From Mobula hypostoma (Eukaryota): DNA of 64,000 nucleotides. The notes beneath the pieces are model-generated. The model saw nothing but the letters and a program-made list of their open reading frames with translations. It was not told the DNA's origin and did no database searches. A program made the translations under genes and the position numbers. Of the stretch, positions 37,028 through 50,155 are shown piece after piece. Positions within the stretch are counted from its first letter, which is position 1. The number at the start of each line of letters is the position of its first letter. The stretch covers positions 86,306,001-86,370,000 of the forward strand of contig NC_086108.1 in the NCBI RefSeq assembly GCF_963921235.1, read 5' to 3'.

Positions 37028-38714
37028 TGCACATAAGGCTCTTGTCAAATTCTCTCCATTATAAGAGTCAGACTAACATCACTCATTTTTATCACAAGGT
37101 TAAGCAAACAACAACTTCTGGTATCTGTGAACACAGTTAAATATGGAATGTTAAAAGTTGCAATAAGAGATGAGATTTGTTATCCTCCCATTTATTATGA
37201 ATTTATGGATTCATAGAGTTTTACGGTGCAGAAACTGGCCCTTCTATGCAAATCCCTTTTTTGCCCGTATCCATTTAAAGTATTCCTTTGTGTACATGTT
37301 CAAATGTCTTTCAAAAGTTGTCACCTCCTCTGGCAGCCCATTCCATTGTCTGACTCTCTGATGTAATTCCCTTTAAACTTTCCACTCTCACTTTAAGCCT
37401 ATGCCCTCTAGATTTAGGCTCCCCACCTTTGAGAGAGATTGTGACTATCTACCTTATCTATGGCTCTCATAGCTTGACAACAGTTCCAAAATTTCACCTT
37501 TAATTATATATTAACAGCTATCTGTGATCTCCCTATTTGCTCTTTTAGTTCCTGCTGACTATTGAGGAGCATGTCGTACAATTCCATCAAAGTGCTCCAC
37601 ACATATTTCATTCAAAGCACCTCCCTTGCTGTATATTCTCTTGGGGATATCCTCTCCAAGGGCTGCTGCAATGTTATCCCTAATTAATAGTGCAAATGCC
37701 CTCTTCTTGCTTCCACCTCTATCACCTCTGTTATATATGCAACAAATTAATTGGTTAAATAATGCCTATGTACCTTTACTGTGATAAAATATAACGTAAT
37801 TATCTTAGTTGATTTGGCTGCTTAGTGTAGCTTACTATGTAGATCACTATGAGCACTTCATTACCATTCATTATGAGTTCTTAGCTGACCTTCCACAGCG
37901 TTGATTCACTCTCTTTTCTCACACCAACTGCTAATGAGTATCAGTTCAAGTTGAAAAGGTAAATAGAGAGCTGCTTAGGCAAGTGAAAGAGGCTGTAAGA
38001 AATTGTAATGCAATAATCATACAGAACTTCAAGTGCACTGATTAGGGACAACCAGAATGGAGGACTGAAAGTAAATTTTATTCAGGTTTCTAATAAAATC
38101 TATGAAGTAGAGGACCAGAGCTGATATAATATTAGATTGAGTTTTACCAGACCATCAGAACTGCGCTGGAAATGGATGAAGATTTGGATTGCAGTAATCT
38201 TTATCCAGCTAGCTTTCATGCTGCATTGAAAGATAAGGGCAGAATTTAACAATACAGAGGTATATGATTTAAGATGAAGTTTTGAAGATATGATTAGAGC
38301 TCTGGGGATGATTATGTTAGCAACTGAATTTTAAAAAATGTGACAGCTGCAGAAAATTGAGAAGTGAACCAAAATTGCAATGCATTCTCTTTAATTGGAT
38401 CTGGTCCCTAATTAACATAGCTAATTTGTATGTTTTACACAATTGCCATGTCAGAAACTGCTGATACCTATCCACAACAAATGGCATGACAAAAGCCAAA
38501 TACTGTGCAGACTGGAAACCTGTAACATGAACAGAACGTTCTGAAATTACCTATTAGGTCAGGATCAATCAGAGAGAGTAGCAGAATTAACATCTGAGGT
38601 CTGTCAAAAACACAAGAAGTTAGAGATTTAACTACTTTTAAGCCAGTGCCAAGCCAAAGAAGGGGAGGAAGGAATAAAAAGGAAGGTGTGTGAATACCCA
38701 TACAGCTCACAGAT

Positions 38715-41700
38715 TCATAGAGTCATAAAAAACTTATAGGACAGAAATGTGCCCTTCAGCCTATCTAGTCTGTGCTAAACCATTTAGACTGCCTAGTCCC
38801 ATCGACCTGCACCTGGATCATAAGCCTCCATACTCTTCCCATCCATATACCTATCCAAGCTTCTCTTAGATGTTGAAATCGAAATCGCATCCACCACTTG
38901 TGTTGGCAGCTTGTTCCACACTCTCACCACCCTCTGAGAGAAGTTTCCCTCATGTTCCCCTTAAACATTTTACCTTTCACCCTTAACTGAAGACCTCTAG
39001 TTGTAATCTCACCAAAGCTCAGCGGAAAAAGGATGCTTGCATTTACCCTATCTATACCCTTCATAATTTCATAACCTCTATCAAATTGCCCCTCAATCTT
39101 AGAGGGAATAAAGCTCTAGAGAATGAAGTTCTAATCTATTCAATCTTTCCTTATAACTAAGGTCCTTCAGTCCCAGCAACATCCTTGTAAATTTTCTTTG
39201 TACTCTTTCAATCTTATTAACATCTTCCCTGTCGGTGGGTGTCCAAAATTGCTTAGTGCCCCTCCACATTAGGCCTCATCAATGTCTTTTGCAACTTCAA
39301 CATAGCATAAGATATAAAAGCAGAATTAGGCCATTTGCCCATCACGTCTGCCCTGCCATTTCATGATGGCTGATTCAATTTTTCTCTCAGCCCCGATCTC
39401 CTGCCTCCACCCCTCCCCTCCACAACCTCCCTGTATCCCTTCATGCCCTGATCAATCAAGAATCTATCAACCTCTGCCTTAAATATACATAAAAACTTGG
39501 GCTCCACAGCCTGTGGCAAAGAATTCCACAGATTCACCACTCTCTGGCAGAGGGAATTCCTCCTCACCTCCATTCTAAAAGGACTCTCCTCTATTCCGAG
39601 GCTGTGACCTCTGGCCTTAGACTCTCCCACCATGGGAAGCATCCTCTCCACATCCACTCTATCAAGGCCTTTCACTATTCTATAGGTTTCAATGAGGTCA
39701 GCCCTCATTCTGAATTCCAGTGAATACAGGCCCAGAGCCATCAAACGCTCTTCATATGACAGCCATTCAATATTGGAATCATTTTTGTGAACCTCCATTG
39801 AACCCTCTCCAGTTTCTGCACATCCTTTCTAAAATAAGGGGCCCAATTCGTCAATCAATACTCCAAGAGAGGCCTCACTAGTGTTTTATAAAGTCTCAAC
39901 ATTACATCCTTACATTTATATTCTAGCGCTCTTGAAATGAACGCTAACATTGCATTGCCTTCCTCACCACAGACTCAAACTGCAAATTAACCTTTAGAAA
40001 ACCCTGTACAAGGACACCCAAGTCCAATTTCTCCTCTGTTTTTGTAGTTTCTCTCCACTTGGAAATTAGTTAGCATTTTATTTCTTCTACCAAAGTGCAT
40101 GACCATACACTTCACAACACTGTATTCCATCTGCCATTTCTTTGCCCATTGTCATAATCTGTCTAAGTCCTTCTCTATCTTCTCTAGTCCTCAAAACTAC
40201 CTGCTCCTGAACCTATCTTCATATCTCCGAAATCTTTGCAACAAAGCCATCAATTCCATTATCTAAATCATTGACATATAATGTAAAAAGAATTGGTCCC
40301 AACTCAGACCCATGTGGAACACCAGTAGTCAGCAGCAGCCAACCAGAAAAGGCTCCTTTCATTGGCCTCCTGCCAATCAGCTACTGTTTTATTCATGCTA
40401 AAATATTTCCTGTAATACCATGGGCTCATAGCTTGTTAAGCAGCCTCACGGGAGGCACCTTGTCAAAAGCCTTCTGAACATTCAAGTACACAACATCAAC
40501 CAATTCCTCTTTGTCTATCCTACTTGTTATTTCTTCAAAGTATTACCAACATGTTTGTCAGGCAAGATTTCCCCTTGAGGAAACATGCTGACTATGGCCT
40601 ATTTTATTATGTGCCTCCAAGTACCCTGAGCCCCTCATCCTTAATAACCGACACCAACATCTTCCCTACTACTGAGGTCAGAGTAACTAGCCTATAGTTT
40701 CCCTTCATCTGCCTCTCTCCCTTCTTGAAGATGGAGTGACACTTGCAATTTTTCAGTCTTCCAGAACCATTCCAGAATCTAGTGATTCTTGAAAGATCAT
40801 TACTAATGCCTCCATGATCTCTTCAGCCACTTCTTTCAGAACTCTGGTGGTGTACACCATCTGGTCCAGGTGACTTATCTATCTTCAGATCTTTCAGAAC
40901 CTTCTGCTTGTTATGGTACCTTCACACACTTCATGCCCCCAAAACCTGGAACTTCCAACATACTGCTAGTGTCTTCCACAGTGAAGACTGATGCAAAATG
41001 CTTATTCAGTTTGTCTGCCCTTTCATTGTCCCCCATTACCACCTCTCCAGCATCGTTTTTCAGTGGTCCAATAACCACTCTCACCCCTTTTTTATACTTT
41101 ATGTATCTGAAGAAACTTTTGGTATTCTCCTTAATACTATTGGCTTGTATACTTTTGTATTCCATCTTTATCTCCATAATGACTTTTTTAGTTGCCTTCT
41201 GTTGGTTTTTAAGAGTTTTCCAATCCTCTAACTACTCACAAGGTTTTGCTCTATTATGTGCCCTCTTTTTGGCTTTTTAGTTGGCTTTGACTTCACTTGT
41301 TAGCCATGGTTCTGTCATCTTTCCTTTAGAATACTTCTTCCTCTTTGGGATGAATATATCCTGTAGCTTCCAAATTGTTTCCAGAAGTTCCAGCCATTAC
41401 TGCTCTGCTGTCATCCCCGCCAGTGTTCTGTTTCAATTAATTCTGGCTAACTACTCCCTCATGGCTCTGTAATTCCCTTTACTGATACATCTGACTTTAG
41501 CTTCTTCTTCTCAAATTTCAGGGTGAATTCAATCATATTATGATCACTCTCCCCTAAGGGTTCTTTTACCTTAAGGTCTCTAATCAATTCTGCTGGGTAA
41601 TCTATAATATAGACACATGAACGTGGTCATACTGTACCTTACTCATTCCTCAGTTCCACCCATAAAGCTCAGCTAGACAAGATTTTCAGTTTATCCTGAC

Positions 41701-42980
41701 TGAGAACTGATGTGTCATTTTTCCTGACTCCTCTCCCCCTTTAATCCCTCCTGCTCTGTCACATCTAAAACAACAGAACCCCTGAATATTGAGCTGCCAG
41801 TCCCTCCCCTCCTACAACCATCTCCTAATGACTACAATATCATAATTCCATATGCTGATCCATGCCATGAGCTCATCTGCTTTTCCTACAATACTTCTTT
41901 CATTGAGGTTCAGCCAGCATACATTTGTCTAGGGTAAGACGGCCTCTGGCCCAGCCAGACTGAGAAATCTCATTTGTGTGGATGCTCTGTGATGTGTTGC
42001 CCGGTTACAAATCTGAACTGCTAGATATCAGACAGTACACCATATGCAATTAAACGATTGAACTTTATAAATCTTAATCTGACTATAGGGTTAGTAAAGA
42101 AAATTTAAAGAAAAAGGGCTCGTTTTAATGAAATGATCTAAAGTGCACGTAGGAGCTCATGGAATCATCTATTCAACCCAACTGACCTCCTCCAAGCGTT
42201 ACTGATCAGACCCTCGCTCCGAGTCCACTCCGTCCTGCGGTCTACCTACTGTTTCCATTCACATCTTCTCTCTTCATCTCTTGCCGACAAAAGACTACAA
42301 AATCCCTGCTCCCAGACCCACAAGAAAGAACAGCATGCCTCTCATTGGCTAGCATACATTCCAAAGCCACCGTTATCTCTAGTCATAACCCAGACGTTGC
42401 TGCTATAGAGAAACTATTACCTTAGCAGTGAAACATTACAGAGAGACCATTACATTAGCAGTGAAACCTTACATCATGTTACATATGCAACTCAGAACAT
42501 TAGTCCCACCATGTTCAACCTTTTGCCTTCCGACTTTGCTGAGGTCTTAACAATATGTGTGTCTACAACCCCTCTACTAAATGTTCTGGGACTCTGATTC
42601 CCATCCAAACACAACTCTAGTTTTAACACCCCACCCCTGTGCTCCCCCCCCACCCCCACTCGTCCAGTTGTCCAGTACTAGCAAACTCTCCTGTTAGGAT
42701 ATTAGTCACCCTTCAGTTTAGGTGCAATCTGTATCTTCTGTAGAGGTCCCTCCCTCTGTGGAAGGGAGCCCAATGTTCCAAAAATGTTATGCCCTGCCTC
42801 CTACAGCAAGTCCTTAGCCGGGAATTAAACTGTATAATCTTCCTATTTCTGACCTCACTAGCACATGGCACAAGTAGCAATCCTGAGATCACAACCCTGG
42901 AGTGATCCTTCAACTTAGCTCCTAACTCCCTGAACTCACTTTTCAGAATCTCGTCCCTCTTGCTGCCTATGTTGTTGGTT
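38715..42980 (-). mobile_element. Stacked CR1 fragments (tails at ~38715 and ~39303; ORF2 and ORF1 remnants)
   Basis: LSYEERLMALGLYSLEFR...; NTKSFFRYIK...LNKHFASVFT; esterase-region SRVVISGLL...LHLN. Confidence 0.8.
41904..42483 (-). repeat. Probable solo or partial LTR inserted in CR1
   Basis: Non-CR1 block of ~580 bp ending GTTACA (TGTAAC on minus) with internal duplicated 'ttagcagtgaaac' motifs; no clean TSD seen. Confidence 0.45.
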
Positions 42981-43244
42981 CATTAAAAAAAGACAGTTCA
43001 GCAGTTTTGCGTACCAAAGTGCAAAGTAAATTTAATATCAGAGTACTTTAAGTCACCATACACAACCCTGAGATTTGTTTTCTTGTGGGTATACTCAGTA
43101 AATCCAAGACACATAATAGAGTCAATGAAAGATCACACCCCACGGGATGGACAAACAACCAAACTGCAAACGGCAACAAGCCATACAGATACAAAAGAAA
43201 AAGAAGAGAAGAATGATAAATAAATAAATAAGCAATTAATATCG

Positions 43245-43502
43245 GCGCTTGGCCAAGCGATTAAGGCGTCGGTCTAGTGATCTGAAGGTTGCTAGTTTGA
43301 GCGTGTTGTGTCACTTAACCACACATTTCTCTGTGACGACACCGGTGCCAAGCTGTATCGGCCCTCGTGCCCTTCCCTTGGACAACATCGGTGGCGTGGA
43401 GAGGGGAGACTTGTAGCATGGGAAACTGCCAGTCTTCCATAAAACCTTGCCCAGGCCTGCGCCCTGGAAACCTTCTCACAAGACTAACGGATGTCTATTA
43501 TT
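43245..43502 (+). mobile_element. tRNA-derived SINE with 11-bp TSD
   Basis: A-box TGGCCAAGCGATTAAGG, degenerate B-box AGTTTGAGC, TAT tail; TSD AATTAATATCG at 43234-43244 and 43503-43513. Confidence 0.8.
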
Positions 43503-44431
43503 AATTAATATCGAAAACTTGATGTGAAGAGTCCATCGGTTAAGGGAATAATTCAGTGATGAAGTGAGTGAAGTTATCCCCACTGGTTCAAGAGCTTAAT
43601 GGTTGAGGGGTAATAATTATTCCTGAACCTGGTGGTGTGAGTCCTGAGACCCTTGTACTGTACCTGCTTCCTGAAGGCAGTGAGAAGAAAGGAAGGCCTG
43701 GGTAGTGGTGGTCCTTAATGATGGATGCTGTTTTCCTACTACAGTGCTCTGTATAGATATGCTCAATGGACAGGAGGCCATATCCATTACTTTTTGTAAG
43801 ATATTCTGTTCAAGAGCATTGGTGTTTCCATACAAAGCAGTAATGCAGCAGTCAATATACTCTCCACCACATACCAATAGAATTAGATCAATGTTTTAGA
43901 TGACATGTGAAATCTTCATACACTTCTAAGGAAGAAGATGCTCTACCATGCCTTCTTCATAATGGCACTTATCTGCTGGGTGTGGATCCTCTGAAATGAA
44001 AGCATTGAAGAACTGAAAGCTGCTGACTCTCTCCACATCTAATCCCCTGGTGAGGACTGCCTCCGATTTCCTCCTACTGAAGTCAATAATTGGCTCCTTG
44101 ATCTTGCTGACATTGCATGAGAGGTTGTTGTGACATCATTCAGTCAGATTTTCAGATTCCCTCCTATATACTGAATCATCACCATCTTTGATGTGGCCAA
44201 AGACAGTAGTGTCATCAGCAAACTTAAATATGACATCGGAGCTGTATTTAGCCTCACATCATGCAAGTAGAACAGGGAACTAAGCATGCATCCTTCAGGG
44301 AACTAAGCATGCATCCTTCTGGTGCACCTGTGCTGATAGAGGTTGAAGAGGAGATGCTGTTGCCAATGAGATGGCATCTGTTGTGGACCTGTTTTGCCGA
44401 TAGTCATTGAAGCAGGTTACCATTTTCTTCT

Positions 44432-45335
44432 GAGGCTCTCTCTCCTGCGGTCCAGCAGGCTGACTCGAATATCCCGACCCAATGGCCCAATTTGATATCC
44501 TCGGCCCCATGGGCTGATTCAACCTCCTCCCTGGCCTGACCGGCCAACTCTCCTTCTCCGAGCCGCTGGCCGGCCACTCCGAACGGTGAGCAGCTCACTG
44601 ATGTGATAGACCTGCTGTATAAGTAGTTACTGGAATAAAGAACAGTCTTACTATGTTAAAATTACACATTTAACAAGGAAAAAAGCACCTTTGGTTGGCC
44701 CCCGAGAGGCTGGTGTGTGTGTGTGTGTGTGTGTGTACATGTGCCGCATCTTGCTGGAAGTCGAGAAGTCGGATTGGGCTCGGAAGAGCCGGCCTGGGTG
44801 GAGACCGTGCTGCTGCCTGCTACTCAGAGGCACCGGAGTAGGTGCCTTCAAGTTGGCGCGAAGGCAGCGTGTAGTGAAACTGTGAGTGACTGTCTTGGAC
44901 ATTTCTTTCGCGATCGCACGGCCCTGTTGGACATCAATTGCTGCAAGTCTATTTCCCTTGTTTGGTGGGGGAATCAGGCGGTGAGGAGGCAGTGTAGGCA
45001 TGATTGTAACAAGGACTAAACCTGAGTCCTTATGCTTGTATTGTAGAGTGGCGTCTGGGCTTGGTTGGGGGCGGCCTCTCCTGTTGGTGCTGCCCCCAGT
45101 GGTGGATTGGTGAAATTACAGCCTGGATTGCTGTGAACCATTAATTTGCAGGACTTGGAACGTGGAACTCAGGAACTTGGTCTAAACTTTGTTTTCTTGC
45201 GTAACTCTTTTTCTTGTCATTTTGAATGCGCCGGTATGTTTTTCTGCATCTTGGCTCCTGAGGAATGCTGTTTCACTCAGCTGTATCCATGTATGATCTG
45301 AATGACAATTAAACCTGATTTAATTTGATATGATT
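44432..45335 (+). mobile_element. Non-coding Rex1-partner element with an inverted 5' part
   Basis: 44432-44762 resembles the 5' half of 55812-56620 in the same (minus) orientation; 44765-45335 resembles its 3' half in the opposite (plus) orientation. Confidence 0.7.
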
Positions 45336-47139
45336 TGCTTGAATCAGGTGGGTACCTTAGTCTGTCAAAGCAAAAGGTTCAAGATATTGGTGAACACTCC
45401 AGTAAATTGATCAGCACGGCTCTTTGGTAGTCAGCCAGGTACCCCAACGTGCCTAAATGCTTTCTGTGGGTTCATCCTCCTGAAGGATGCTCTCACTGGG
45501 GGCTTTGGGAGTTGGTGAAGGTTCTTCCATGTTTTGATGATCAAAGAGAGCATTGAGCTCATCTGGAAGTGAAGCCTTGTTGTCACCTATGTCGCTGGGT
45601 TTCACTTTGTAAGGGGTAATGATATTCAAGCACTTCTAGAGCTGTCGAGCATCCTTCAGTGGTCCAGACATGAGATGGCTTTCCGGAGGTCATGCCTGGA
45701 CCTCCACTCTCTTACCTGGTTGCCAGACCTGAATACCACAGATCTGGCCTACAGCAGATTGTGGGTTTCATGGTTCATCTAGGGCTTCTGGTTGGGGAGG
45801 ACTCTAAATAATTTTGTGGGAACACACTTGTCCACAACTGTTTTTACAAATTCTGTGAATGAAAATACAGTGGTGTATTCATTCAAAACCTCTGCGTCCT
45901 TGAACATGGCCCGGCCCACCAACTCAAAGCAATCCCATAGCTGCTCTTCTACTTCCTGTAACCACCTCTTTGTTGATCTTGTCTCTGGAGCCTTGTTCTT
46001 TAGCCTCCACCTGTATACAGGTAGGAGAAGGATAGCCGGGTAATCAGGTTTCCCAAAATGCAATCTAGGCATGGAATGGTAGGCATTCTTTATCATTGTA
46101 TAGCAGTGGTTAAGTGCGTTCAACCCTCTAGTGCTGCAGATTTTATGCTGATGATAATTAGGCAAAGATTTTTTTAAACAAGCCTGATTGAAGTCCCCGA
46201 ATATAATTTGAAACGTGTCAGTGTGGTCAGTTTCTTGTTCGGTGAGAGCAACATTCAATGTCTCAAGTGCCTGACTGACATCGGCTTTTGGGGGTATGCA
46301 GACTGCAGTCAGGGTGACAGAAGAGTACTCTCTTGGTAAGTAGAATGGTCAGCCGCAATCATTAGATGTTCTAGGTCAGGGGAACAAGAGTAAAATAAAA
46401 CCACCATGTCTGAGCTCCACAAAGAGTTTATGATGAAACACAGAGCCCCCAGCTTTTGCCCTCTCCAGATCAGCAGCTTGATCCATCCTGTGTATTGAGA
46501 AGCCTTTGGGTCTTTCTAACACATCCAGCGTGTTTAGAGTGAGCCATGTTTCTGTGAAACAGAATACAACAATTCCTCATTTCCCTCTGATACAGCAATC
46601 CTACCCTTAGGTCCTCAACCTTGTTCTCCACCGACTGTTAGATTTGCTGACAAGATGCCTGACAGAGTTTCGTTCCTCTGTGTTTCAGCATGTCTTGGAG
46701 TCCTCCCCTCCCCCCCCCTCTTTCAGCCATGGCAATATATTTTCACTCATTTAAAGATGGCATACCTGCATGGTGAGAGTTAAGTCTATCGAGTCCTTCA
46801 AAAGATTGTGAAATCCCTAATTCATTAAGACGGTTCAGAAGTACTTTGCTTACAGGGAAATTACAAGCTGCAGAGTTCAGTAGGAGTAATTCAGAAGAGG
46901 CATATTTTCTCAGCAGCCTGCAGCACACCATTGTGAGAACCATTACCGATGCCAAATTTATAAACTATTTTTTCTCCAATCACTTGAACTGAAATTTCCA
47001 AATTGCTTTGTTAGATTCTATACACCTAAGGGTCTTTGGATCAGTGCTCAAGGCTTCTGCATGCAACACCAGTAACTTAGTCTTTGAGCTCTTAGAAGTG
47101 AGTGTGGAAGCTGGTCTGATGCAATAGATTTTTGGTATG

Positions 47140-47865
47140 TCACTAACGACGCTCGCAAATTTCTACAGATGTACCCTGGAGAGCATCACCACCTGGTATG
47201 GAGACTCCAATGAATAGGAATGAAAAAGCTGCAGAGGGTTGTAGACTCAGGCAGATCCATCATGGGCTCTAGTCTCTTGAGGAGATGGTGCCCAAGAACG
47301 TGGCATCAAACATTGTGGACACTCACCATCCAGGGTATGCTCTCTGCTCATTACTGCATTTAGGAAGGGGGTACAGGAGCCTTAAGGTGCACACTCAACA
47401 TTTTAGGAACAGCTTCTTCCCCTCCACCATCAGATTTCTGAACAGTCCGTGAATGCTACCTCACTATTTTTTTTGCACTACTTATTTAAGAACATAAGAA
47501 ATAGGAGCAGGAGTAGGCCATCTGGCCCATCGAACTGCTCCACTATTCAATAAGATCATGGCTGATCTGTCCATGGACTCATCTCCACCCACCTGCCTTT
47601 TCCCCATAACCCTTAATCCCCCTACTATGCAAAGATCTATCCAACCTTGTCTTAAATATATTTACTGAGGTAGCCTCCACTGCTTCATTGGGCAGAGAAT
47701 TCCACAGATTCACCACTCTGAGAGAACCAGTTCCTCCTCATCTCCATCCTAAGTTTATTCTTAATATATTTCTTATTGTAACTTACAGTCATTACACAGT
47801 ATGGTTGCTGCAAAACAACAAATTTCATGATATATGCTAGTGATAATAAATGTGAATATGATTCT
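47140..47865 (+). mobile_element. Rex1 3' fragment with a minus-strand CR1 tail nested at ~47490-47752
   Basis: TLANFYRC...FRNSFFPSTIRFLN; CR1 tail aagaacataagaaataggagc. Confidence 0.7.
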
Positions 47866-48269
47866 GAAAAATTGGAACAAATGAGATCCCATTGTAGTTC
47901 CAGAAGAGGAGGAAAAGAGCTTGAAAAGATGAGAGGAACTTCGAACAGATACAACCAAGAACCCTGTCACATACAGTGGCAGAGAATCCTCAAGAGAAAA
48001 CAAAGTTATCTTGGATCTAGTAGACATGGAGAAAGGGGGCTGAACGAAATGATTAAACATAGCTAAATCAGTCGGTAAGTCCACGTGAATATTGTTCCCA
48101 GCCTAGCCTCAGACATGCAAGTAGAGATATCAGTAAGAAGAATAGTCACTGACACAACGCACAAAGGTGAACAGGGCATGGAAACTGAAATCAGAGACAA
48201 AATTTCCAGTAAACTTGCGTGGAGGAAGCAGAAAGGCACTGTCATTTATGTGCAAAAAAAGTGTAATTA

Positions 48270-48550
48270 TTGTTTTTTTTCCAAGAGATTTAGGGAGATT
48301 GGAGGAAAGCATAGGGTGAATGTCAGAGGTACAGTAAGTTCTTTACACAGAATAGTAGGTGCATGGAATGCCCTGCCGGAGGGTGGTAGTGGCAGAGACA
48401 TTTAAGAAACTCTTAGATAAGCACATGGATGATAGAGATACTGTATAGAGGGTTATGAAGGAGGGAAGGCTTGAATCACTCTTTGAGTAGATTAACAGGT
48501 CAGCACAGTCATAGGCTGAAGGGACTATACTGTACTGTAATGTGCTATAG
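48270..48550 (+). mobile_element. CR1 3' fragment
   Basis: RIVGAWNALPE motif and CR1 3' UTR. Confidence 0.6.
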
Positions 48551-49539
48551 CCTATAAAATGTGATCATACCAGTTAAGCCCACAGGATCACAACACTGCA
48601 ATTAGTTAGTTTGTTTCATTTGGGAGAAATTGAACCTCTGGGTCAAAGGGCTGTGACTTTAAAATGTATCACTGAACGCTAGGGTTTAACACACAAGTTC
48701 AGTAACAGTGAGCATTAGTTTATCAGAAGGGCACCTGTTCATGGAAAGGTTGTAAAGATAAGGTCCTGGCCACCTGTTCTAATTGTTCACACGTTTGTTA
48801 AAAGTCACTTGAAGATATTTGAAGAATTGTGCAGCTTGGGGTCTGCAAACTTGCATTTTATTCCACTCCCAGGTACATTATAGAATTATGGAGGTTGTGA
48901 CAAATGGTGTAGTGGTAAGGAGCATATGATTTGTGATGAAACATCATGAAGGTTATAAGTATATAGAGATTATCTGTTGTAATGAAACATACCCCTAAAA
49001 TAACCATTGAGATGTGTTCAGTTGAGTGAGAAGCTGATTGAAATTAGTAAAGCAGTTCAATAAACTGTAAATCTGTTTTCTACTTAATTTATCTCAATGC
49101 CAATTAGACTTTGCACATATGGAACTAATTAAGATTGGTTTAATATGAAGATTGAACAGTTTGGTAGGACTTGGGAATAAGTTCAGTAATTGTTCTAAGA
49201 ATTAGTTTTATGCTCAGAAACTATCACTAACAATGTCACTATTATTGGTTGATTGAAACAGAATACGTGAAGTCAATTATTTTCCAAAAACAATTGTTTT
49301 AAAACACTATAATATGCATAAGTTTATTTACGGCTAAATATTAAAGATTAAGGAGAAGCTTAGTTAAATTGAGCTTACGGAATTGTGGCTATCTTACCTG
49401 TGATGAGTAATGCAACCAATTAGAAATTATATTCCTGACATGTTCTGCAGATGATGAAATGGATCTGGGGAGTCATAGAACACTAGAACACTACAGCATA
49501 GAAATAGGCCCTTCAGCCCATCTAGGCCATCAAACCTGT

Positions 49540-50155
49540 GGCATGATCATCTCTATTAGTATAGGCATTGAGTTCAAAAGACAGGAAGATATGTTGCGGC
49601 TTTACGAAACTCTAGTTAGGCTGCATCTGGAGTATGGCATACCGTTCAGTTCACCCCATTATAGGAAGGATGTCGAGACTGTGGAAAGCGTGCAGAGGAG
49701 GTTTACAAGGATGCTTCCTGGATTAGAGGGCATGTGCTGTAACGAGAGGTTGGACAAATTTGAGCGGCAGCAGTTGAGGGGATGGCTGATGGGTGTTTAT
49801 AAGATTATGAGAAGCATAGATAGAGCAAACAGACAGTAGCTTTTTTCCCCAGTGCTGAAATGTCAAATACCAGAGTGCATGGATTTAAGGTAGGAGGGGG
49901 TAATTTGAAAGGAGATGTGAGGGGCAAGTTTTTTTTAAGAGTGGTTGGTGATTGGAATGCACAGCCTGGGGTGGTGGAGGGACAGATACATTAGAGACTT
50001 TTAAGAGATGTCTAGATAGGCACTTGAGTGTAAGGAAAATAGAAGGAGATGGATATTGTGTAGGCAGAAGGGAATAGTTTAGTTGGCCATTTGGTTGGTT
50101 CAGCATGACATTGTTGGATTTAGGACCTGTTCCTGTGCTGTGCTGTTCCATGTTC
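49540..50155 (+). mobile_element. CR1 3' fragment
   Basis: GIEFKRQEDMLRLYETLVRLHLEYG...SPHYRKDVETVESVQRRFTRM. Confidence 0.8.

Larger units (their letters stand above)
43020..46955 (-). mobile_element. Near full-length Rex1/Babar LINE with internal deletions and insertions
   Basis: Endonuclease IFGDFNQACLKKSLPNYHQH...STRG.NALNHCYT (45779-46258); RT and C-terminal remnants; tail at 43020. Confidence 0.85.

Noticed and set aside
40870..41472. Hydrophobic plus-strand ORFs resembling membrane proteins (also 25155-25580)
   Set aside because: They are antisense readings of lysine-rich CR1 ORF2
43245..43320. tRNA gene
   Set aside because: Only the A box and a degenerate B box remain, with no complete cloverleaf; it continues into a SINE body flanked by a TSD
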